Source: Candidatus Omnitrophota bacterium
Lineage (GTDB): Bacteria; Omnitrophota; Gorgyraeia; Zapsychrales; Zapsychraceae
Reading direction: 5' to 3'
Length of the DNA: 64,000 nucleotides
Assembly: GCA_029261065.1 (NCBI GenBank)
Contig: JAJDCB010000030.1
Coordinates: 48,196-112,195, forward strand
This document shows positions 28,463-37,955 of the stretch, one piece after another. The translations under genes were made by a program, and so were the position numbers. How positions within the stretch are numbered: the stretch's first letter is position 1; each line of letters begins with the position of its first letter. A model generated the notes under the pieces. The model did not search any database. It worked only from the letters and a program-made list of their open reading frames with translations, and had not been told where the DNA came from.

Positions 28463-28895
28463 ATTTCTCATATCGTGGATTGAAAGGCAGCGGCCTCAAG
28501 GGAGTCTGCGTAATACGGTGACAGTCGTTTTTGATGGTCAGTCAGGGATGTGGGGTGGATCTTTGTCAAATCAGCAGATGAAAGTGATGTTTTCATCAGA
28601 TGGACAAACGGCAGACGATCTTATTAAACGTCTTGTTGAAGAGGCCGATCATAAGAAAAATATTATTGTGGTCACTGATGATCGTGCTATTCAATATGCT
28701 GTTCGGGCTTCAGGTGCTAAAGTGTTAGCCGTCAAAGAGTTCTTTGCAAAGACAACATCATTGAAATCCCAAAGTAGACAAAAGTCTTCTTCGATAGATC
28801 AATCTAAGCCCAAAAACATTTCAAAGACAGTAGAATCTGAAATAAACAGCGAACTGACAAAGATTTGGTTGAATAAAAAAAATAAGGGTAAATAG
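28377..28895 (+). CDS. NYN domain (YacP-like) ribonuclease
   Basis: LLDGYN, VVFDG, TADD, VVTDD. Confidence 0.85.
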   Translation: MSLQYLLDGYNISHQIEMPENLSLQEQREFLISWIERQRPQGSLRNTVTVVFDGQSGMWGGSLSNQQMKVMFSSDGQTADDLIKRLVEEADHKKNIIVVTDDRAIQYAVRASGAKVLAVKEFFAKTTSLKSQSRQKSSSIDQSKPKNISKTVESEINSELTKIWLNKKNKGK

Positions 28896-29035
28896 GATCC
28901 AGTCCGAGAATAGCTTACTTCAGAATTGTATGTTGTAAAAAAATAACTTACAATATAACATATGATAAAAAATTTATTCGTGGACAATCTCTTAGATTAA
29001 CAATTTTTTAACTTTGACTTATAATAGAAGCATTA

Positions 29036-29806
29036 ATGAACGTTATAATCAAGCCTTGTATAAATTTTATATTCAGTTTGGGGCGAGCCTTTTGTTTTTT
29101 AGGTGAAGTATTATGGTGTATTATCAGTGGACGGATTCGATTTGGAGAGTTACTTAAGCAAATTTATGAACAAGGTTTGCAATCTGTAGTTATTATTGCT
29201 TTAACTTCTTTGGCATCAGGCATCGTATTGGCCTTACAAGGTTATGTGATGATGGTTCGATTTGGGGCCAAGGAATATATTGCCCAATTGGTTGCTCTTT
29301 CTTTGGTTCGAGAGCTGAGTCCTGTTTTTACAGCCTTGATCTTCTCTGGAAAAGCGGGTGCTCGTATCGCAGCTGAACTGGGTACGATGAATGTTAACGA
29401 TCAGATGTTAGCAACACGGACGTTGGGCGTTGACCCAATCGAATTTCTTGTCGCCCCACGGATGTTAGCTTGTATTTTAGTTTTGCCTTTGTTAACGGTT
29501 TTTTCTGAAATTGTAGGTATTGCTGGCGGGTATTATATCGGAGTTCATGAAGCGAATATTCCAAGCAGTTTTTATATCAATCAAACGTTAAAATCGATTC
29601 GTTTTGTCGATTTTTTTAGCGGATTTGCTAAGATAATATTTTTCTCTGGTATTGTTGGTTGGGTATGCTGTTATCAAGGATACTCGACCAAAGGCGGGTC
29701 ATTGGGCGTTGGTAAGTATACAACAAATGCGGTTGCCTATTCGTATATTTTGGTCATTGTTTTTAATACTATTTTAACGAAGGTCATATTAACGTTGTGG
29801 GAATAG
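29036..29806 (+). CDS. mlaE: MlaE-family ABC permease
   Basis: RELSPV, AAELGTM, GGSLGVG. Confidence 0.88.
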   Translation: MNVIIKPCINFIFSLGRAFCFLGEVLWCIISGRIRFGELLKQIYEQGLQSVVIIALTSLASGIVLALQGYVMMVRFGAKEYIAQLVALSLVRELSPVFTALIFSGKAGARIAAELGTMNVNDQMLATRTLGVDPIEFLVAPRMLACILVLPLLTVFSEIVGIAGGYYIGVHEANIPSSFYINQTLKSIRFVDFFSGFAKIIFFSGIVGWVCCYQGYSTKGGSLGVGKYTTNAVAYSYILVIVFNTILTKVILTLWE

Positions 29807-29848
29807 GGTGAAATCATTTTTTTATAATTTGCCTAGGAGACAAAGACA

Positions 29849-30184
29849 TTGCGAAAAATAATTTTAATGAGTCTTTTACTTGTTGTTGTGGTATTCCATA
29901 GCGGCTGTACGAGAAGGTCGGGTAATATCGGAAACCTTCAAAGTTATGGGTTTCAAGCAGCAGAAGCCGATTGGATTCGAAATGGAGAGCCGATTGAATT
30001 TGAAGAGGGGTATTGGTATCCTGCGGATGATATTGAGGTGTTAATTGATGCTGAGGTGTATGTTGTTGGTGAATTCCGAGGGGTGCAGATATTTGTTGAT
30101 AAATTAGATGTGCGTCCTTATCGACGACTATACACAAAGTTTGGAAGAAATAAGTTCCGATTTTATGAGAAGATGCGTGAATGA
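29849..30184 (+). CDS. Hypothetical lipoprotein
   Basis: Lipobox HSGC, within the mla operon. Confidence 0.6.
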   Translation: MRKIILMSLLLVVVVFHSGCTRRSGNIGNLQSYGFQAAEADWIRNGEPIEFEEGYWYPADDIEVLIDAEVYVVGEFRGVQIFVDKLDVRPYRRLYTKFGRNKFRFYEKMRE

Positions 30185-30897
30185 TAAATGTCGAGAATAT
30201 TAAAAAGTCGTTTAGTGGTCAGGTCATTCTTGATGAGATTAATTTAAAGATTCCATCGGGTGAAATATTAGCTATTTTAGGAGAAAGTGGTACCGGAAAA
30301 AGTGTTTTGCTTAAGACGATTATGGGTTTACTCAAACCTGATGGCGGAAAAGTTGAGATAGATGGTGTTAATATGACGAAATTACCGGAGAGAAAGAAGT
30401 TAGATCTTCGTAAGAAAATCGGGTATTTATTTCAAGAAGGCGCTCTTTACGATTTTATGAATGTTTTTGAGAACATCGCTTTTCCTTTAAAGGAACATAC
30501 GAAGTTATCCCGTGGGGACATTAAAGAAAAAGTTCTTAACGTTTTAAAGGTTGTTGATCTAGAGGGAGTGGAGGCGAAGTACCCAACAGAATTAAGTGGT
30601 GGTATGAAAAAACGGGTAGGGTTAGCACGTTCCATTATTCTTGATTGTAAAGTTTTATTATGTGACGAACCAACCTCAGGGTTGGATCCTATTCGAAGCC
30701 GTGATATTTCGGATTTGATTAGAGATGTATCAAAGAAAATAAACTGTACAACGGTTATAACATCTCACGATATAGAAAACGCCTTTCGCGTTTCCGACCG
30801 TTTAGCGCTTCTACGTGAGGGTAAATTTGTTGCCATCGGAACACAACAAGATTTAGAAAGCAGTGAAGATCTTTTTGTAAAAGATTTTATTCGTTAA
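30181..30897 (+). CDS. mlaF: MlaF-family ABC ATPase
   Basis: GESGTGKS, LSGGMKKRVGLAR, DEPTSGLDP. Confidence 0.88.
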   Translation: MINVENIKKSFSGQVILDEINLKIPSGEILAILGESGTGKSVLLKTIMGLLKPDGGKVEIDGVNMTKLPERKKLDLRKKIGYLFQEGALYDFMNVFENIAFPLKEHTKLSRGDIKEKVLNVLKVVDLEGVEAKYPTELSGGMKKRVGLARSIILDCKVLLCDEPTSGLDPIRSRDISDLIRDVSKKINCTTVITSHDIENAFRVSDRLALLREGKFVAIGTQQDLESSEDLFVKDFIR

Positions 30898-30917
30898 CCG
30901 TATGAGGTTGGGAAATT

Positions 30918-31589
30918 ATGGAACAGAGAGAGCTAAAAAGATATTTTTTTGCAGGTCTATTTGTCATGGTTGGTGTTTTTCTTTTGTTTCAAGTCATCTA
31001 TATTCTGGGTAAGGATAAAGGATTAACTCAACCTAAATTTCAGATCATCGTACATTATTTAGATGTTAATGGTCTACAAAAAGGCGCTCCTATTCGGATT
31101 GCTGGGGTTAATGTGGGAAATGTTGCAAGTGTAGGTTTTTTGGAACAAGAAGTTGATGGTCGGCGTGTGGAGGTTGTTTTAAACATTTTTAATAAATATA
31201 GAAAACAACTGCAGAAGCCTTCCAACTTTGTTATTCAATCGGAAGGAATTTTAGGAGAAAAGTTAATCGAAATAACAGAGTCCAGTGAAGGGCCCCCCTT
31301 AGATTTAACACAACCTATAAAAGGCGCTGATTCTATTAGTGTTGACGATTTAGCTGCAGTCTTTGCACAAGCGGCCCAAGCTTTTACAAAGGCCTCGGAA
31401 GATTTAAGTACCATTGATTATAAACACATCTCAGAAATCGTGGCTGAAGGTGGCGAGTCATTAACAGCAACGTCCAGAGGAATTAATGAAGTTTTGATAG
31501 AAATGAAATATGTTACTAAAAAAACAAAACGGCTTATCAATCGTGTCGAGGGTAAATTAATCGATGACGATCTATTTAAGGTTTTTTAA
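30918..31589 (+). CDS. mlaD: MlaD/MCE-family protein
   Basis: GLQKGAPIRIAGVNVGNV, GILGEK. Confidence 0.85.
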   Translation: MEQRELKRYFFAGLFVMVGVFLLFQVIYILGKDKGLTQPKFQIIVHYLDVNGLQKGAPIRIAGVNVGNVASVGFLEQEVDGRRVEVVLNIFNKYRKQLQKPSNFVIQSEGILGEKLIEITESSEGPPLDLTQPIKGADSISVDDLAAVFAQAAQAFTKASEDLSTIDYKHISEIVAEGGESLTATSRGINEVLIEMKYVTKKTKRLINRVEGKLIDDDLFKVF

Positions 31590-31609
31590 ATTAGTTAAAG
31601 GATGCCAAT

Positions 31610-32683
31610 ATGTCTGAAATTATTATTTTTGGAATAACAATGCCCGCCTGGATTGTTGTGCCTGTCGCTTTCTTTTTATGGATTACGATATTTACAATCA
31701 TTAAGAGGCTTGTATTTAAAGCTGTCCGTAAATTAACAGAAAAGACAAAGACAAAGGCCGATGATATTTTTATAAAGGCTGCTGATTTCCCTCTTAATTT
31801 ATTAATTTTTACAAGTGGTGGTGCAATTGTTGAAAGAATGCTGCCTCTGGCTACAAATGTCGAATTAACCCAATATTTTCTCATCGCCTTTAAAGCAACA
31901 ACGATTATCGCTGTTGTTGTGTTTGTGGAAAGATTTATTAATGGTCTTATCTTAGAGTATTCAAGTAAAGTTCCTGTCTTGCGGACATCAGGGGGGATAG
32001 CTAAAGGGCTTGTGCGTGTTATTGTTATTGGTTTGGGTATGCTTATTTTGTTGGATAGTTTTGGTGTTTCTATCACACCGATTATTGCTTCTTTAGGAAT
32101 TGGATCGTTGGCAGTAGCGCTAGCTCTTCAGCCGACATTGGAGAACTTTTTCTCTGGGATTCAATTGATTATCGATAAACCGATTCAAGTAGGACATTTT
32201 GTAAAGTTGGAAACAGGAGAAGAAGGTTACGTTCATAAGATTGGTTGGCGATCGACGTGGGTAAGGTTTTTGGGCAATAACATGGTTATTATGCCTAATA
32301 GTTCTTTAGTGAATTCAAGGATCGTTAATTATTATTATCCAGAGAGAGAGCTTGCTGTATTAGTGCAGGTTGGTGTTCATTATGGCTCGGATTTAGAACA
32401 TGTTGAAAAGGTAACATGTGAGGTGGGTAAAGAGGTTCTTACTAAACTTGATGGGGGTGTTGATGAGTTTGATCCGTTTATTCGTTATCATACTTTTGAT
32501 AACTCAAGCATAAATTTCTCTGTTATATTGCGTGCGAAAGAATTTGTAGATAACTATCTCATTAAGCATGAGTTTATTAAACTGTTACATAAAAGGTTTA
32601 ATGAAGAAGGGATTACCATTCCGTATCCCATTCGTGCGATTAATTACGATCAGGAAAAATCTTTTTCTACTGAAGAATCATAA
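31610..32683 (+). CDS. mscS: Small-conductance mechanosensitive channel family protein
   Basis: LGIGSLAVALALQ, IGWRST, FIRYHTFDNSSINF. Confidence 0.88.
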   Translation: MSEIIIFGITMPAWIVVPVAFFLWITIFTIIKRLVFKAVRKLTEKTKTKADDIFIKAADFPLNLLIFTSGGAIVERMLPLATNVELTQYFLIAFKATTIIAVVVFVERFINGLILEYSSKVPVLRTSGGIAKGLVRVIVIGLGMLILLDSFGVSITPIIASLGIGSLAVALALQPTLENFFSGIQLIIDKPIQVGHFVKLETGEEGYVHKIGWRSTWVRFLGNNMVIMPNSSLVNSRIVNYYYPERELAVLVQVGVHYGSDLEHVEKVTCEVGKEVLTKLDGGVDEFDPFIRYHTFDNSSINFSVILRAKEFVDNYLIKHEFIKLLHKRFNEEGITIPYPIRAINYDQEKSFSTEES

Positions 32684-32702
32684 TTAAAGAAAGGAATAGT
32701 AA

Positions 32703-32999
32703 ATGTTTGTCCTAGGAAATTTTATTCAAGCCCTTGCTTATGTGTTAAATACCCTTATTACGCTTTATTATTACATCCTTATTATTCGTGTTTTACTCAG
32801 TTGGGTCAATCCGGATCCTTATAATCCTATTGTACAGATGTTGTATAAAGCGGCTGATCCGTATCTTAATTTATTCAGACGTTTTATTCCTCCATTGGGA
32901 AGGGTGGATATCTCTGCTATTATAGGTATTCTGGCGTTGGTTTTTGTTCAGCAATTTTTGATACAATCCTTGTATCAAATCGCTGCTATGTTTCAATAA
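32703..32999 (+). CDS. YggT family membrane protein
   Basis: LSWVNPDPYNP, RRFIPP..DIS. Confidence 0.9.
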   Translation: MFVLGNFIQALAYVLNTLITLYYYILIIRVLLSWVNPDPYNPIVQMLYKAADPYLNLFRRFIPPLGRVDISAIIGILALVFVQQFLIQSLYQIAAMFQ

Positions 33000-33007
33000 A
33001 TTTGTGC

Positions 33008-33036
33008 TTGAAAATTTTTAAGTTTGCGTATATGAT
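33008..33036 (+). promoter_or_regulatory. Putative sigma70 promoter
   Basis: TTGAAA-17 nt-TATGAT. Confidence 0.45.
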
Positions 33037-33079
33037 TGACGCAAATTAATTATCGTTTTTTAAAGATTGGAGATTTGAA

Positions 33080-33370
33080 ATGTTAGACAAAATGAAACAA
33101 CTAATGGATATGAAGAAACAAGCGGACAAAATTAAGCGCGAACTTGATGGCGTTAGTGTGGACGTTGAAGAAGTCCGAGGAATAAAGATTACAATTAATG
33201 GTTCCCAAGTTTTTCAGGCCGTTGAGATTGAAGAAGGTTTGGTTGAATCAATTGATAAAAAGAAGTTAGAATCTCATTTATTAAGAAGTATGAATGCTGC
33301 TGTTAAGAAATCACAAAATATGGCAGCGATGAAGATGAGAGATGTTATGCCGGGATTTCCTGGTATGTAA
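33080..33370 (+). CDS. YbaB/EbfC nucleoid-associated protein
   Basis: Size, MKQL..MKKQA N-terminus, MNAAVKK, PG-rich end. Confidence 0.8.
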   Translation: MLDKMKQLMDMKKQADKIKRELDGVSVDVEEVRGIKITINGSQVFQAVEIEEGLVESIDKKKLESHLLRSMNAAVKKSQNMAAMKMRDVMPGFPGM

Positions 33371-33462
33371 GAGATTGTCCAATTGCGGATAATCTTATAA
33401 GTGGATTTATTCCTTCAGGTTGTAGGAATGACAATATTAACTGGTTTTAAGGAGGATAAGAA

Positions 33463-33699
33463 ATGCCTTACGATAAATCGCTAGATGTAGAATCATTTAA
33501 AGAAACAAAAGAATTTGAGGGCTCACGAATTTCTGTTGGAGTTTTTTCATATAATGGGGGAGAGATGAAAATTCAGATTTCGCGTGAAAATCAAAATGCT
33601 AATGAAGAGTGGCGCTTTGCCAAATTAGGTCGTTTAACTAAAGATGAGGCAAAAGAAGTTGTTCCTATTATGATGAAGGCTGTAGAAAGTATAGGATAA
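33463..33699 (+). CDS. Small conserved protein (PC4/YdbC-like fold possible)
   Basis: Strong AAGGAGG RBS; SYNGGEMKIQISR..KLGRLT. Confidence 0.6.
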   Translation: MPYDKSLDVESFKETKEFEGSRISVGVFSYNGGEMKIQISRENQNANEEWRFAKLGRLTKDEAKEVVPIMMKAVESIG

Positions 33700-33744
33700 G
33701 TTTTAAGTAAAGTATTAAAGATTTAATTTTAAGGAGTTTGTATT

Positions 33745-34224
33745 ATGTCTGATGATGTTGTTTATCTTACAAGAGCGGGTTACAATAAGTTATTTGCAGA
33801 ACTTGAAGCTTTAAAATCGGAAAGAATTAAAATCTCTGCAGCTATTGAAGACGCTCGTCTACAGGGTGATCTAAAAGAGAATGCTGAATATGCTGCAGCA
33901 AAAGAAGCTCAAGGTTACAATGTCGCGCGCGGCACAGATATTGAATCCAAATTAGCCAAAGTTCGAATCATTGAAGATGAAGATATTCCTGGAGATAAAA
34001 TTTATATCGGAGCCATCGTTACGTTGATGGATTTGGATATGGATGAAGAGTTTACTTATATGTTAGTCTCACCTGAGGAGGCTGATTATGATGAAAACAA
34101 AATATCGATTATCTCCCCCATCGGAAAAGCCTTAATGGGCCACGCCGAAGACGAAGAACTCGCCATAGATGTTCCAGCCGGAACACTTAATTATAAAGTT
34201 TTAAAAATAGAGCGTCCTAAATAA
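33745..34224 (+). CDS. greA: Transcription elongation factor GreA
   Basis: GDLKENAEY, ISIISPIGKALMG. Confidence 0.95.
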   Translation: MSDDVVYLTRAGYNKLFAELEALKSERIKISAAIEDARLQGDLKENAEYAAAKEAQGYNVARGTDIESKLAKVRIIEDEDIPGDKIYIGAIVTLMDLDMDEEFTYMLVSPEEADYDENKISIISPIGKALMGHAEDEELAIDVPAGTLNYKVLKIERPK

Positions 34225-34232
34225 ATCATTTT

Positions 34233-34261
34233 TCCTTCCTCGCCTTATAAGCGAGGAAGGA
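34233..34261. terminator. Hairpin between convergent genes
   Basis: TCCTTCCTCGC/GCGAGGAAGGA 11-bp stem. Confidence 0.65.
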
Positions 34262-35701
34262 TTAAGATACCGTCTTTTTTCCTACCGAAATTTTCTGTGA
34301 CTCCCACAAAGAATAATATACCCAAAATAATATTGTTGGTAAGACAGCAAAAAGAATCCTGTGTAAGGTGTTTTGTAGCCACCAACCAATTTCAAAGTAA
34401 GTATTTAAAAAATAATAAAATGTGACAATCCCTGTATAACACAAAAGAAAGATAGGGATAATGATTATTTTAGAAGACAAACATTTTAATCGACTCATAA
34501 TAAGTCCAATAAAGACAATCACCCATAACCCATTCCATTTTGGTTCCAAATAAGTAAACTCTCCCATGGTTTTTCCTACCATTTTATAAAAAGCGTTCCA
34601 TAAGGGGGCGCACATCTCAAAGAAATAAAATCCGAAGACTGTTTTAATGCGGTTTAGGGTAATTGGTTTTGTTGGAGATGTAAGGCCATTAACGAAGGTT
34701 TGATTGTTAGGCGAGTAAAAGATTTCAAAAATAATGGTAGGTAAAAAAGCAAAAAAGGCCCCTAAAAAGAAGGGAATAAGTAATCTTTTTTTGTTAGCCT
34801 CTTTGTTTTTCCAGAAGAAAAAGACTGGAGTTAGAAATAATATGACAAGGGATGCAAGATAACCTTCGCTTTTTGAGAAACTTAATAAACCAAGAAAAAT
34901 ACCACCGAGTAGGGCAAAGCTTTTGTTATTTTCGGTTTTAGCCATAATTAAAGAAAAGAAACTCGCTAATAAATAAAATCCGACAATGTTGTCACTATAT
35001 TGACTGTAAGACAATTTATTTAAAAGGGGCAAGCTCAAAAAAATAAAGGCAATCAAGATAGCATAAACAGATTGTGTGAGGTGTTTTAGGCTGTAATACA
35101 AGAGGCCTAAGCCTAAAATGGTATAAGCGTAAGAAGAGAAGACGGGAACTTTATAGATGGCTTCACTCTGGAACACCCAACCCCAAACATTGACGAGGGG
35201 AAAGAGGAGTGGGTAGTGAGGGCTTGATCGCCATAGAATAGGATCAAACATGTTTTTCCAATTTTCTGCTCCTAAGAAAATAAATTTAGCCTTTAAATTC
35301 CAAACCTGCCACGCATCCCAACCCCCATAAGCGTAAAAATGGGCTTGATACCAAAGTGGAACAGAGGCTCCTATAATGAGTATTAATGGGATAACATTAA
35401 AGGCATCTTTGGGCTGAAACGTTATTAATGGAAGATTATTTTTTTTAATAAGGAATAAAAGGAGAATAGATAGAGCTAGAAAAACAATTCCATGAATAAT
35501 AAGAAGGGCTGTTGGTTGAAAACGATTGAGAAAGATTAACGAAAAGAAATTAATATAAGCACTGAGTCCTAATCCAAGGCCACCGGCAAGCATCAATTTA
35601 AGCATTCGTTCTAGAGAGTGCTTAAGAAATAGGATATGAATAAAAAGATAGCCTATTAGAAGAGAGATAACAAAGGGAAGATAGATAAGTAGTGTTTTCA
35701 T
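34262..35701 (-). CDS. GT-C-type membrane glycosyltransferase
   Basis: WDAWQVWNLKAK, HYPLL, QYSD, KSEG; many TMs. Confidence 0.7.
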   Translation of the reverse strand: MKTLLIYLPFVISLLIGYLFIHILFLKHSLERMLKLMLAGGLGLGLSAYINFFSLIFLNRFQPTALLIIHGIVFLALSILLLFLIKKNNLPLITFQPKDAFNVIPLILIIGASVPLWYQAHFYAYGGWDAWQVWNLKAKFIFLGAENWKNMFDPILWRSSPHYPLLFPLVNVWGWVFQSEAIYKVPVFSSYAYTILGLGLLYYSLKHLTQSVYAILIAFIFLSLPLLNKLSYSQYSDNIVGFYLLASFFSLIMAKTENNKSFALLGGIFLGLLSFSKSEGYLASLVILFLTPVFFFWKNKEANKKRLLIPFFLGAFFAFLPTIIFEIFYSPNNQTFVNGLTSPTKPITLNRIKTVFGFYFFEMCAPLWNAFYKMVGKTMGEFTYLEPKWNGLWVIVFIGLIMSRLKCLSSKIIIIPIFLLCYTGIVTFYYFLNTYFEIGWWLQNTLHRILFAVLPTILFWVYYSLWESQKISVGKKTVS

Positions 35702-36123
35702 TGTCTTTGAGCGATGACGATTCCAAATTGATTGCGGCCAAGTGCTATTGCTTTAATTTTGTTCATCTCTAAATGGGCAACCCCATCGGATGAGCAGGCA
35801 AAAATGATATATTTATGATTTAAGTTGTTAAAATCTAACACAATGGGAGCTAAGGCGAATTGTGCGTGTGCAAAAAGTTTTGCGTTCTTTGGATCATCCA
35901 TGTCTTTGTCTGTGTAATATCCCATATATTCGACATCTTTTAAAAATGCCTCAATCCCTGCAAATTGATAACCCACCACATTAAAATCCAGAATTTTTTT
36001 ATAATTGTAAATGCGGCGAATTTCCTCTTTGAGTACGACGCTATTTGTTATCGTTAAGACGATAAGTGCTAAACAAAATAAAAATTGAGGGACAGTTCTA
36101 GGTTTTACGCGTGAGAAATTCAT
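35698..36123 (-). CDS. Single-TM hypothetical protein (paralog of 37490-37918)
   Basis: GYQF..FLK..GYYTDK..AQFALAP. Confidence 0.6.
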   Translation of the reverse strand: MNFSRVKPRTVPQFLFCLALIVLTITNSVVLKEEIRRIYNYKKILDFNVVGYQFAGIEAFLKDVEYMGYYTDKDMDDPKNAKLFAHAQFALAPIVLDFNNLNHKYIIFACSSDGVAHLEMNKIKAIALGRNQFGIVIAQRQ

Positions 36124-37487
36124 GTGTTTTCTATTTTTTTATTTTGGGGCCAATATACATAAAAAACATGAAATAGGATGGCCGGTAACAGATAAAAATA
36201 AATTCTAGGCAAAGAATAAGGGATCCACCAGTTAAGTCGGGTCTGTGTGCTGACTAAATATATAAAGATTATGATGATGAAGTAGCTCAAGAAAAAAAGA
36301 GTAACCCATAAGGTTTCTTTTTTTAAAAATTTAAATAATTTGGTAATCACCATGATAAGGATTAACATCCATATGTAACACCATTTTTTGTGAATAATTT
36401 CTTTACCTAAATAATCAAAAATAACGGCTAGACGATTGACGTTGATCATTTGTAATCCGGTTTGAGAGATGTTTGGTAAGATATCGCTATTAGGAGGTGC
36501 TAGAAATAACTTAAAGATAATGGTTGGTAAACAGGCTATAAGAAGTGTTATCAGAAAAAGCACATAGCAGGGCAGGTTGCTTTTTTGTTTGTTGCGTTGT
36601 TGCCAGAGTCGAATGAGAAAGATAACGGATAGTAATGCAGCAAAAACAATGCCTTCATTTTTTGCAAAGGTTAAGAATCCTAAATTTAAACCAGCTAGAA
36701 TAGAGATAGCAGGGTTTGACTCTTTATCGAGGAGATAAAAACAAATAAGGCTTATCAAGACAAACAAAGCAATAAGGATATCCGCATATTGTTGTGTGGC
36801 GCTAAATGCAAAATAAGGATGAAAGCCTAAGATAAGGGTCGCAAGTAGAGCATAGCCTTTTTTGATAAACAATGATAATCCTGTGTACATAAACATCGCA
36901 CAAGAGACGGTCAGCAGTATGCACGTGATAAACGGGACATAAAGCATGTGGGTATGAGAGAAGCTATTAAGCCATACATTGATAAGCGGCAATAACAAGG
37001 GATAGTCGGGGTGTGTGTGCCAAGAAAGGTTTGTTAGAATGTCGTCTAAGGGTGCACTACTTAGAAGTAAAAATTTCATTTTCATATTCCACATCGCCCA
37101 AGCATCCCATTCTCCATGAGGGTGGACGGATGCCACATAGTAATAAAGAGCAATAAGAAGTGTGAAGGCACAAATGACACTATAAGAAAAGAAAGAAAGT
37201 TTGTGTATGCGAAAGGGGTTGAGTAAGGTTCTGATGTTTTTGTTTGTTTTTAAGTTAAGTAGGATGACGCCTAAGAGGCTTAGAAGATTAAGACCTACAA
37301 TCAGCCAAGCATAAAATTTGTTAAAGAGAAGAAAGACAAAGAATGTCAGATAAGCCGAGAGACATAGGCCTGTGATGATAGATAAGCTTAAGTGTAGGAG
37401 GCTTTGATAGTATCGGGTTTCTTTGAAAATAAGCGAAAGGCTAAAGTACCCGAGGAGAAAAGAAATTAAGTGTGCGATGATAAACAT
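36120..37487 (-). CDS. GT-C-type membrane glycosyltransferase (paralog of 34262-35701)
   Basis: WDAWAMWNMKMK, DYPLL, QYAD, KNEG. Confidence 0.7.
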   Translation of the reverse strand: MFIIAHLISFLLGYFSLSLIFKETRYYQSLLHLSLSIITGLCLSAYLTFFVFLLFNKFYAWLIVGLNLLSLLGVILLNLKTNKNIRTLLNPFRIHKLSFFSYSVICAFTLLIALYYYVASVHPHGEWDAWAMWNMKMKFLLLSSAPLDDILTNLSWHTHPDYPLLLPLINVWLNSFSHTHMLYVPFITCILLTVSCAMFMYTGLSLFIKKGYALLATLILGFHPYFAFSATQQYADILIALFVLISLICFYLLDKESNPAISILAGLNLGFLTFAKNEGIVFAALLSVIFLIRLWQQRNKQKSNLPCYVLFLITLLIACLPTIIFKLFLAPPNSDILPNISQTGLQMINVNRLAVIFDYLGKEIIHKKWCYIWMLILIMVITKLFKFLKKETLWVTLFFLSYFIIIIFIYLVSTQTRLNWWIPYSLPRIYFYLLPAILFHVFYVYWPQNKKIENT

Positions 37488-37489
37488 TG

Positions 37490-37918
37490 TTATTTTCGTC
37501 TTAAGAGTAAAGCTTGTCCATATTCGTTGTTGGTTGTGCGCATGGCATTGAGCGTTTTAATTGTTTTAACAATATAAGGTGGATCCTCAGAGTCAATGAT
37601 ACTAAAGAGATGCGAGTCATCTTGCAACTCAAGAATAGTTGGCGCTAAAAAATATTGGGCCTGAAGAAGGATGCCGTCATTATCTTCTCGTGTAATAGCT
37701 TTGCTGGTTAGATAGCCGGCCCTTTTTTCGTTTTTAAGAAAAGGTTTAAATGTTTCAAATTGTGTGCCTGGTTCAAGATAAACGGGTAGGTTTAAATTTT
37801 CATGGTATTTCTTAATGCAATAGACGCCTGCATGAAAAATATTGTAAATGATTAAACACAGGCAAAGAGAGGCGATTGCTCCATTGAGGGAGAAGAGATA
37901 TTTGAGGGCCTGACGCAT
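37490..37918 (-). CDS. Single-TM hypothetical protein
   Basis: GTQF..FLK..GYLTSK..AQYFLAP. Confidence 0.6.
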   Translation of the reverse strand: MRQALKYLFSLNGAIASLCLCLIIYNIFHAGVYCIKKYHENLNLPVYLEPGTQFETFKPFLKNEKRAGYLTSKAITREDNDGILLQAQYFLAPTILELQDDSHLFSIIDSEDPPYIVKTIKTLNAMRTTNNEYGQALLLRRK

Positions 37919-37955
37919 GGACTTATTTTACAATTGTTAAGGAATTGTGTGGTAA

